Shown here: positions 7,107-13,654 of the stretch, piece by piece
Numbering within the stretch: position 1 is the stretch's first letter
Layout of the letters: each line of letters begins with the position of its first letter
NCBI GenBank assembly: GCA_041742355.1
Contig: JBGSIV010000199.1
Span: forward strand, 1 to 13,654
Direction: 5' to 3'
Length of the DNA: 13,654 nucleotides
Origin: Candidatus Zixiibacteriota bacterium
GTDB taxonomy: Bacteria; Zixibacteria; MSB-5A5; GN15; FEB-12
The notes under the pieces: generated by a model
What the model saw: only the letters and a program-made list of their open reading frames with translations
The model's database searches: none
What the model was told of the DNA's origin: nothing
Program-made: the position numbers and the translations under genes

Positions 7107-7122
7107 GACATGGATATGTCAA
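7105..7122. promoter_or_regulatory. 18-bp palindrome TTGACAT-GGAT-ATGTCAA, candidate operator and -35 of the CBS-gene promoter
   Basis: Perfect 7-bp arms. On the - strand, TTGACA (7122-7117) is followed 17 nt later by GAGATT (7099-7094). Confidence 0.5.
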
Positions 7123-7823
7123 CACAAAAGAGGATAATAGTAGTCCTTTTAGCGCTGATCACCGGCCTGCCGCTGGCGGCAACATTGGCGCAGGATGACG
7201 AGGAGCGGGATCCCGTTCTCGAGTTTTACCGGGAACGCGCCGCCGGACAGATTCGCAGCCGGAACCCGCTGGAGGCCGGTTTGTCGTATGCCCTGGAGAT
7301 CCGGGCGTACGTCTATCGGATGGGCCGGGGCGGGAAACCGGAGCCGGTCGATTCGGCCGCGTTTACCCGCTACTACAGCTTTGGCGAACTTGATTCGCAG
7401 CAGGTGCACTGGTCGACCTCGGAGCGGCCGATCGAAGTCGATCTGTCATACCCCAACGTATTCGCGCAGGAGTACCATTTCCGCTTCTATCCGAACGACA
7501 CCGGGGGGACAGCCCTGGCAATCGGGTTTGAGAGCGACACGACGCGCAACCTGAGTCCGGTCGGGTTGGCGGTGATTGACCGCACCCACTATTCGCTCCG
7601 ACAGCTCTATTTGCATTACCCGGCGAACAAGGCCGCCGAGCGCCGGTCGCGGACGCTCAGTTTCACGGAGCGGCAGGGGTTCATTTTCCCGGATACGATC
7701 ACCACGGCGTTTGCCCGGGCGGGGATTTTCTCGACCGACTACTTCCGCATCGATGCGTATGTCGATTCGATCCGGACGCAGTCGCCGATGCCCGATAGCG
7801 CGCAGGGGAAGACGAAGGACTGA
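7116..7823 (+). CDS. hypothetical secreted protein (Sec signal peptide, beta-strand-rich)
   Basis: N-terminus MSTQKRIIVVLLALITGLPLAATLA|QDDEE has basic, hydrophobic and cleavage regions. Alternating beta-strand patterns follow (GLAVIDRTHYSLRQLYLHY, LSFTERQGFIFPDTIT). Start is 7116 or 7110. Confidence 0.8.
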   Translation: MSTQKRIIVVLLALITGLPLAATLAQDDEERDPVLEFYRERAAGQIRSRNPLEAGLSYALEIRAYVYRMGRGGKPEPVDSAAFTRYYSFGELDSQQVHWSTSERPIEVDLSYPNVFAQEYHFRFYPNDTGGTALAIGFESDTTRNLSPVGLAVIDRTHYSLRQLYLHYPANKAAERRSRTLSFTERQGFIFPDTITTAFARAGIFSTDYFRIDAYVDSIRTQSPMPDSAQGKTKD

Positions 7824-7829
7824 AACCGC

Positions 7830-7858
7830 TTGCCAAGGGGGGAGGCGGCGCGTACTTT
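7830..7858 (+). promoter_or_regulatory. sigma70-type promoter of the uppS cluster (likely leaderless transcript)
   Basis: TTGCCA (7830-7835), 17 nt, TACTTT (7853-7858); the ATG follows after 7 nt, at 7866. Confidence 0.65.
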
Positions 7859-7865
7859 CTGCCGT

Positions 7866-8630
7866 ATGATTTCCACCATTGACCGACTCAAAGAGGAGAT
7901 TCTCGCTCGTCCGGAGCGGCTCCCCCGGCACATTGCCATTATTATGGATGGCAACGGGCGCTGGGCGGCGCGCCGGGACAAGCCGCGCACGTTCGGTCAT
8001 GAGGCCGGGGTCAAAGCGGTCCGGGAGGTCGTGCGGGCGGCCGGCGAACTGGGCGTGAAGTACCTGACGCTGTACACGTTCTCGTCCGAGAACTGGCAGC
8101 GGCCGCGGTCGGAAGTGGCGGCGCTGATGTCGCTTTTGTCGCGCACGACCCGCCGGGAACTCAACGAGCTGATCAAGAATAACGTCAAGCTGATCACGAT
8201 CGGGCGTATCAACGGGCTGTCCGCGAGCCGTCAGCGGGTGCTGGCGGAGGCGGTGGAGAAGACCCGGGGCAACAAGGGGCTGACCCTTTGCCTGGCGCTC
8301 AACTACGGCGGGCGGACGGAGATTCTCGATGCGGTCAAATCGATCGCCAACGCCGCCCGCGCCGGGATGATCGATCTGCCGGAAATCAATGAAGAGCTAT
8401 TCTCGAGCTTTCTCTATACCTCGGGAATTCCCGATCCCGACCTGCTGATCCGGACCTCGGGAGAAATGCGCATCTCAAATGTCCTCCTGTGGCAGACGAG
8501 CTACACGGAATTGCATGTAATTGACACGCTCTGGCCCGATTTCGGACGGGAAGAGCTGTTCAAGGCGGTCGCCGATTATCAGCGCCGTGAGCGGCGCTTC
8601 GGCAAGCTCACCGATACCATCAAAACATGA
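7866..8630 (+). CDS. uppS: undecaprenyl diphosphate synthase (cis-prenyltransferase)
   Basis: PRHIAIIMDGNGRWA, GHEAG, LTLYTFSSENWQRP, LALNYGGR, PDLLIRTSGEMRISN, LWPDF and RERRFG. Confidence 0.96.
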   Translation: MISTIDRLKEEILARPERLPRHIAIIMDGNGRWAARRDKPRTFGHEAGVKAVREVVRAAGELGVKYLTLYTFSSENWQRPRSEVAALMSLLSRTTRRELNELIKNNVKLITIGRINGLSASRQRVLAEAVEKTRGNKGLTLCLALNYGGRTEILDAVKSIANAARAGMIDLPEINEELFSSFLYTSGIPDPDLLIRTSGEMRISNVLLWQTSYTELHVIDTLWPDFGREELFKAVADYQRRERRFGKLTDTIKT

Positions 8631-9496
8631 GCCGAAACCTCGCGCTTCGCATCGCAGTCGCAGCCCTGTTTATCCCGGCGATCCTCTGGATCGCGTACCA
8701 GGGGGGTTGGTGGCTGTTCGGGATGCTCCTCCTGTTCCTGCTTTTGGGCATGGGGGAGTACCTGTACGGCGAGGGATGGCGCGCCGGGTCGTTCGTCTTC
8801 TGGACAGGTCTTGTGACGGCGGGAAGTACCTTCGCGCTGGTCGCCGCTCCGCTGGCCCTGCACCGGGCGATGTTCGGCCGGGATGTCGCACCCCCGGCAG
8901 AAATCAACCTGTCGGGTGCATCGGCGGTCCTGATCGGGTTCTTCCTGGTATCGGCGATGATCTTCGCCACAGGGAAGCGGACGCCAGCGGAGTTGTTCCA
9001 GCGGCACAGCCGGCTGCTGTGGGGAGTGTTCTACCTGGCGGTCGGCTACACTTGTGTCTTTCTCGTCGGCATGGGGGCGCACGGTCAGCATGGTGGGGAC
9101 TCACTGATGTTTCTCTTTGGCGTGCTCTGGCTGGGGGATACGGCGGCGATGTGGGTCGGGAGCACGATGGGGCGGCACAAGCTGGCGCCGACGGTTTCGC
9201 CAAATAAGACGGTCGAGGGCTTCCTCGGGGGAATTGCCGGGGCGGTATTGATCGGGCTACTCATGTACTTCTGGAAGTTCAGCGGGCTGGGGCTGGCACA
9301 TGTTATGGCGGTCGCGGTAGGCGCCAGCATTTTCGGCCAGCTTGGGGATCTGGTCGAGTCGATGTGGAAACGTTCAGTCGGGGTGAAAGACTCCTCGGCG
9401 ATCATCCCCGGCCACGGCGGAATACTCGATCGGTTCGACTCGCTCCTGTTCGCGGCGCCCTTCATGCTGGCCTACTTCACCCTCATCCGGCCGTAG
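8627..9496 (+). CDS. cdsA: phosphatidate cytidylyltransferase (CTP_transf_1 family)
   Basis: Multi-TM protein with WLGDTAA, KLAPTVSPNKTVEG and GDLVESMWKRSVGVKDSSAIIPGHGGILDRFDS. ATGA overlap with uppS. Confidence 0.95.
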   Translation: MSRNLALRIAVAALFIPAILWIAYQGGWWLFGMLLLFLLLGMGEYLYGEGWRAGSFVFWTGLVTAGSTFALVAAPLALHRAMFGRDVAPPAEINLSGASAVLIGFFLVSAMIFATGKRTPAELFQRHSRLLWGVFYLAVGYTCVFLVGMGAHGQHGGDSLMFLFGVLWLGDTAAMWVGSTMGRHKLAPTVSPNKTVEGFLGGIAGAVLIGLLMYFWKFSGLGLAHVMAVAVGASIFGQLGDLVESMWKRSVGVKDSSAIIPGHGGILDRFDSLLFAAPFMLAYFTLIRP

Positions 9497-9507
9497 AGGA
9501 GATTCCG

Positions 9508-10419
9508 GTGAAGTGGCTGGACCTGCTGTTCGCCGCGCGCCCGTTGCTGCACCTCCCGGTCTGGTCGGTGTATCTGGTATCACTTCACTATCATCTTGAT
9601 TTGTCCGGCGAAACGGCAGGAATTCGCGACCTGCTCGTGATGATCTGCCTGAGCCTGCTTTCGGCGGGAACATACTATCTCAACCAGGTCTATGACCGGG
9701 AAAGCGATCGGATCAATGGCAAGCTGGCCTTTCTGGAGCGCGGCTACCTGACCGAACGGGAGCTGTTGGGGGGATTTCTGGTGGCTTCGACGGCCGGCCT
9801 GCTGATTGCCTCAAGCATATCATTCGTACTGATGGTGGTTGTTTCGCAGCTTTTTGTTCTGGGTTACCTCTACAGCGTGCCGCCGTTCCGTCTCAAGGAT
9901 CGGCCGTTCTGGGGGCTGGTCGCCAACGCCTACGCGTACGGATTTCTGGTGCCGCTGACGGTCATGCCGGATCTGACCGAGCACAACGCCGGTTTGCTCG
10001 GTTGGGACAGCCCGGTCTACTTCGCCCTGGCGGTGGGATCGATCTACCTGTTGACCACGCTTCCGGATCGGGAGGGGGACCGGGCGACGGGCAAGAGGAC
10101 GCTAGCTGCGATTTGGCCCGGCTGGGCGGTGAAAGGGCTGGCAATGGTGCTGATGGCCGGAGCGATCGCGGTGGCGGTGCGGTCGGGGCTCAAGGAACTA
10201 ACGGTCATTGGCTCTATTGCACTGTTATTCATACTCTTAGCGGCCTGGAAGTCGTCGCAAACGGGGGATTTGCTGGCCGCCAAACTGCCGATCCTTCTGT
10301 TGACCCTGCTAGCCGGGTGGTACTTCCCGGTCTACCTTGTTTTTGTTCTTGTCCTGATTCTGCTGACCCGCGTATACTATAGTCGTAGGTTCAACGTTGT
10401 ATATCCTCGGATAACTTGA
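9508..10419 (+). CDS. UbiA-superfamily integral membrane prenyltransferase, substrate unknown
   Basis: N-terminal AARP, first Asp-rich motif NQVYDRESDRIN, YSVPPFRLKDRP loop, second motif LPDREGDRATGKRTLA, and about 8-9 hydrophobic segments. SD GAGGAG precedes GTG 9508. Confidence 0.88.
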   Translation: MKWLDLLFAARPLLHLPVWSVYLVSLHYHLDLSGETAGIRDLLVMICLSLLSAGTYYLNQVYDRESDRINGKLAFLERGYLTERELLGGFLVASTAGLLIASSISFVLMVVVSQLFVLGYLYSVPPFRLKDRPFWGLVANAYAYGFLVPLTVMPDLTEHNAGLLGWDSPVYFALAVGSIYLLTTLPDREGDRATGKRTLAAIWPGWAVKGLAMVLMAGAIAVAVRSGLKELTVIGSIALLFILLAAWKSSQTGDLLAAKLPILLLTLLAGWYFPVYLVFVLVLILLTRVYYSRRFNVVYPRIT

Positions 10420-10937
10420 TGCGGATTCTGCTAGTCATAATGGTTTGGTGTTCCGCGATTGTCATCGCCGGTTGCACCGGGTATCCCCGGTTCCGGAGCG
10501 ACGGTCCGGCGGAGGCATCCTCGCGTCCTGCCTCGGCGCAGCAGGAGGAGGCTTCTTTCACAACTTCCGAGTATGTCCGGCTGGGGTTGATTCTGCAGTC
10601 GTACCTCGGCAAGCCATACGCGGGACACTCCGCGTACGAGCCGGGTATCGATTGTTCGCTGTTCACGCGGGAGGTTTTCAAGACTTTCGGCAAGATGCAG
10701 CTGCCCCGGACAGCCGCGGAGCAGTTCCGTAACGGGCATCCGGTCGGCCGCAATGAATTGCGCTATGGGGACCTGGTGTTTTTCAAGACCGATGGCGCCT
10801 CGATCTCCCATGTCGGCGTGTTCCTCGGGTACGACAATTTCATTCATGCCTCGTCGTCCCGCGGGGTGATTATCAGTGGTATCGATGAATCCTACTGGGC
10901 CAGGAGTTATGCCGGCGCCCGCCGCGTGCTCGAGTAG
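10419..10937 (+). CDS. NlpC/P60 (C40) family peptidoglycan endopeptidase lipoprotein
   Basis: Lipobox VIAG|C, then LGKPY...GIDCS (catalytic Cys), LPRTAAEQF, GDLVFF, SHVGVFLG and FIHASSSRGV. TGATG overlap with the upstream stop. Confidence 0.93.
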   Translation: MRILLVIMVWCSAIVIAGCTGYPRFRSDGPAEASSRPASAQQEEASFTTSEYVRLGLILQSYLGKPYAGHSAYEPGIDCSLFTREVFKTFGKMQLPRTAAEQFRNGHPVGRNELRYGDLVFFKTDGASISHVGVFLGYDNFIHASSSRGVIISGIDESYWARSYAGARRVLE

Positions 10938-10979
10938 CCGCGCTCCGAAACTCTTCTTCCGCTAAGGTGTTCAACAGGC

Positions 10980-12818
10980 ATGAGTAAGCGCACCGAGGCG
11001 TTCGACCTGAAACTGAAAAACCTGCCCAAATCGCCGGGGATCTATATGTTCCGCGACGATAAGGGGCGGATTCTGTATATCGGTAAGGCCAAGAATCTGC
11101 GCAATCGTGTCCGCACCTACTTCCAGCAGTCGGCGGACCATCCGGAGCGGATTGCCCGCATGGTCGGGCAGGTGGTTGATTTCGACCTGATGGTGGTCGA
11201 CAGCGAGGTCGAGGCGCTGATTCTCGAAGCCAACCTGGTGCATGAGCACAAGCCGCACTACAATGTCAACCTGAAAGACGACAAGCATTTTCCGTACATC
11301 AAGATCACGACCCAGGACGCTTTTCCCCGGGTGATGGTGGTGCGGCGGATCGAGAAAGACGCGGCGACTTACTTTGGTCCGTACACGAACGCCCGGGGGA
11401 TGCGCCGGACAATCGCCTTTCTGAGCCAGCTCTTCAAGATCCGCACCTGCAACTACGTGTTGCCCCCGGCCGAGGGAAAGCAGATTTCCGTCTGTTTCGA
11501 CTACCACATCAAGCGGTGCGGCGGGCCGTGCGAGGGGCTCGTGAGCCAGGAGCAGTACCGTGAGGGGATCGAGGGGGTGATCATGGTGCTGCGGGGGAAA
11601 TCGCGGGCGCTGATCGATCGTTTGACCGAACGGATGCGGGCGGCGGCGTTCTCCGAACGGTTTGAGGATGCGGCCGAGCTGCGCGATCAGATTGCGGCGA
11701 TCCAGTCGGTTATGATCAAGCAGAAGGTCGATGTCGGAGATCTGGTCGACCGGGATATGGTCGCGATAGCCCGCGAGGGGAGCGACGCGGTGGCGGTGGT
11801 GATGCAGATTCGCGAAGGGGTGCTGATCGGACGCCAGGATTTCCAGCTGTCGGCGCCGGTGGGTCACGATGACGAGGCCGTGCTGCAGACGTTTCTCACG
11901 CAGTACTACAATCACCAGCCGAACCTTCCTGATGAGCTCTTCCTCCCCTTCGGTTTCGAGGAGATCGACCTGTTCGAAGAATGGCTCCGAACGCAGCGGG
12001 GGACCAGGGTGCGGGTGGTGTTGCCGCAGATCGGCGACAAGTCGAAACTCGTGGAATTGACCGGCCGTAACGCGCGGCTGCTGCTCGATGAACTGCTGAT
12101 CCAGAAGCGGCAGGTGTCCGACCGGACCAGCAAGATGGTGACGAGCCTGAAAGACGCGCTGAAGCTGCAGCGTTCGCCTCGGGAGATTGTCTGCTTCGAT
12201 ATTTCAAACACGGGCGAGACGGATGCGGTCGGTTCGGCGGTCTACTTCAACAACGGCCGGCCGTACAAGAACGAATACCGGCACTTCAAGATCAAGACGA
12301 TCACCGGCCAGAACGATTTCATGATGATGGCCGAGGTGGTGGGCCGGTATTTCAAGCGCCGCGCCGAGGAAGAGAAGTCCATGCCGGATCTGGTTGTGGT
12401 CGACGGCGGCAAGGGGCAGCTGTCGGTGGCGCAGCGGGAGCTCCGCTACCTTGGGCTGGACGAGCAGCCGGTGATCGGGCTGGCCAAACGGCTCGAGGAA
12501 GTCTACGTGCCGGGGGTGTCCGATCCGATCGTGATTCCGCGCAGCTCGCCAGCGCTGCTGCTCCTGAAGCATATTCGGGACGAAGCGCACCGCTTTGCGA
12601 TCGAGTACAACCGCAAGGTCCGCACGCAGCGGACGATCACTTCGGCGCTCGCCGAGATCAAGGGAATCGGGCCGGCGAAGCAGACAGCGCTGCTGACCGA
12701 GTTCGGCTCGGTCGAGCAGATCAGGCAGCAGAGCCCGGAACGTCTCGCAGGAGTCAAGGGCATTACGCTCGCGCTGGCTCAGCGCATTCTCGACGAACTC
12801 AACAAGGCCTCCGACTAA
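10980..12818 (+). CDS. uvrC: excinuclease ABC subunit C
   Basis: GIY-YIG domain (PGIYMF...LYIGKAKNLRNRV), Cys-rich segment, UVR coiled coil (FEDAAELRDQI), RNase H-like FDISN...DGGKGQ...RDEAHRFA, and HhH (IKGIGP). Confidence 0.97.
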   Translation: MSKRTEAFDLKLKNLPKSPGIYMFRDDKGRILYIGKAKNLRNRVRTYFQQSADHPERIARMVGQVVDFDLMVVDSEVEALILEANLVHEHKPHYNVNLKDDKHFPYIKITTQDAFPRVMVVRRIEKDAATYFGPYTNARGMRRTIAFLSQLFKIRTCNYVLPPAEGKQISVCFDYHIKRCGGPCEGLVSQEQYREGIEGVIMVLRGKSRALIDRLTERMRAAAFSERFEDAAELRDQIAAIQSVMIKQKVDVGDLVDRDMVAIAREGSDAVAVVMQIREGVLIGRQDFQLSAPVGHDDEAVLQTFLTQYYNHQPNLPDELFLPFGFEEIDLFEEWLRTQRGTRVRVVLPQIGDKSKLVELTGRNARLLLDELLIQKRQVSDRTSKMVTSLKDALKLQRSPREIVCFDISNTGETDAVGSAVYFNNGRPYKNEYRHFKIKTITGQNDFMMMAEVVGRYFKRRAEEEKSMPDLVVVDGGKGQLSVAQRELRYLGLDEQPVIGLAKRLEEVYVPGVSDPIVIPRSSPALLLLKHIRDEAHRFAIEYNRKVRTQRTITSALAEIKGIGPAKQTALLTEFGSVEQIRQQSPERLAGVKGITLALAQRILDELNKASD

Positions 12819-12855
12819 TAGCATCGGCCGATTCGTGGCAGTGGAGCGTTTATGG

Positions 12856-12885
12856 TTGCATAGTCGCGGCGCCCTGTCATATACT
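12856..12885 (+). promoter_or_regulatory. sigma70-type promoter of xseA (likely leaderless transcript)
   Basis: TTGCAT (12856-12861), 18 nt, TATACT (12880-12885); the ATG follows after 6 nt, at 12892. Confidence 0.65.
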
Positions 12886-12891
12886 GCCGCC

Positions 12892-13654
12892 ATGAACCAG
12901 CCGAAGGCGTACACGGTCACCGCCATCACCCGGATTATCAAGGGCACACTCGAGTCCTCACTCCAGGGGATCTGGGTCGAGGGGGAGATCTCCGGATTCC
13001 TGCATCATTCCTCGGGGCATCGGTACTTCAATCTCAAAGATGACAACGCGGTCCTGAAGGCAGTGATCTGGCGCTCGACGGGCAACGGGATGAAGTTCGA
13101 GCTGAAAAATGGCCAGAAGGTTCTCGTGTTCGGCGATATCAGTGTGTACGAGAAGGGGGGGCAGTACCAGCTCACCTGCCGCAAGGTAATACCGGCCGGG
13201 ATCGGGGCGCTGGAGCTGGCTTTCCGTCAGTTGAAGGAGAAGCTTGCGGCCGAGGGTCTCTTCGATCCGGCGCGCAAGAAGGAAATCCCTCGGTACGCTC
13301 GGCGGATCGGGATCGTGACCTCGCGAACCGGCGCGGCGATCCGCGACATTGTGCAGATCGCTCGCCGCCGCAACAAAGCGGTGCAGCTGTTCCTCTATCC
13401 CGCGCAGGTGCAGGGGGACGGCGCCGAGTGCACGATCGCGGCGGGAATCAGGTATTTCAATACCCGCGGCGACATCGACGTGCTCATTGTCGGTCGGGGC
13501 GGGGGCTCGCTGGAGGATCTGTGGCCGTTCAACACGGAGATTACCGTGCGGGCGATCGCGGCCTCGAAGATTCCCGTGATATCGGCGGTGGGGCACGAAA
13601 TCGATGTGACGCTGGCTGATTTTGTCGCCGACCTGCGCGCGCCGACGCCCTCGG
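12892..13654 (+). CDS. xseA: exodeoxyribonuclease VII large subunit, 3'-truncated by window edge
   Basis: Manual translation gives MNQPKAYTVTAITRIIKGTLE...IWVEGEISGF...SGHRYFNLKD...IGIVTSRTGAAIRDI...VGRGGGSLEDLWPFN...SAVGHEIDVTLADFVADLRAPTPS. It is absent from the ORF track because it has no stop in the window. Confidence 0.96.
   Translation, partial: MNQPKAYTVTAITRIIKGTLESSLQGIWVEGEISGFLHHSSGHRYFNLKDDNAVLKAVIWRSTGNGMKFELKNGQKVLVFGDISVYEKGGQYQLTCRKVIPAGIGALELAFRQLKEKLAAEGLFDPARKKEIPRYARRIGIVTSRTGAAIRDIVQIARRRNKAVQLFLYPAQVQGDGAECTIAAGIRYFNTRGDIDVLIVGRGGGSLEDLWPFNTEITVRAIAASKIPVISAVGHEIDVTLADFVADLRAPTPS

Noticed and set aside
6950..7162. ORF-track N-terminal extensions of the CBS gene (also rpsI from 3090, uppS from 7830, UbiA from 9364)
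   Set aside because: The extensions overlap promoters or neighbouring genes. Downstream starts fit the SD or promoter positions and family lengths.
10938..10979. SOS/LexA box or promoter upstream of uvrC
   Set aside because: No CTGT-N8-ACAG, GAAC-N4-GTTC or GTTC-N7-GTTC match, and TAAGGT lacks a matching -35.
10971..13596. Antisense ORFs of 314, 247 and 212 aa opposite uvrC and xseA
   Set aside because: Same shadow-ORF effect; the + strand proteins are unambiguous.
1..13654. Defence system, CRISPR array, mobile element, tRNA or rRNA
   Set aside because: No repeat-spacer arrays, transposase or integrase motifs, terminal repeats or cloverleaf structures were seen. The content is housekeeping.

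Overview
GC-rich bacterial core-genome window with no mobile element, CRISPR array, tRNA or rRNA seen. Gene order: 3' part of mtnA; a SprT-like zinc metalloprotease; a small convergent hypothetical gene (- strand); ahpC; an rplM-rpsI-rpsB-tsf-pyrH-frr operon with a clear sigma70 promoter, an S2-leader-like RNA structure and a terminator; a CBS-pair protein (-) divergent from a secreted beta-rich protein; a uppS-cdsA-UbiA-family prenyltransferase-NlpC/P60 lipoprotein-uvrC cluster; and the 5' part of xseA, which the ORF track misses. The fused rplM-rpsI-rpsB-tsf order suggests an FCB-superphylum lineage (inference; possibly an uncultured candidate phylum such as Zixibacteria). Main leads: (1) a UbiA-family prenyltransferase in the slot usually held by dxr-rseP after uppS-cdsA, a candidate isoprenoid-lipid module; (2) apparently leaderless transcripts for uppS, xseA and the secreted protein; (3) an 18-bp palindrome over overlapping divergent promoters; (4) a SprT-like protease with a clamp-binding-like N-terminal motif, whose 3' end overlaps a convergent gene across alternative inverted repeats. 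All functional ideas are unverified, as no searches were run.
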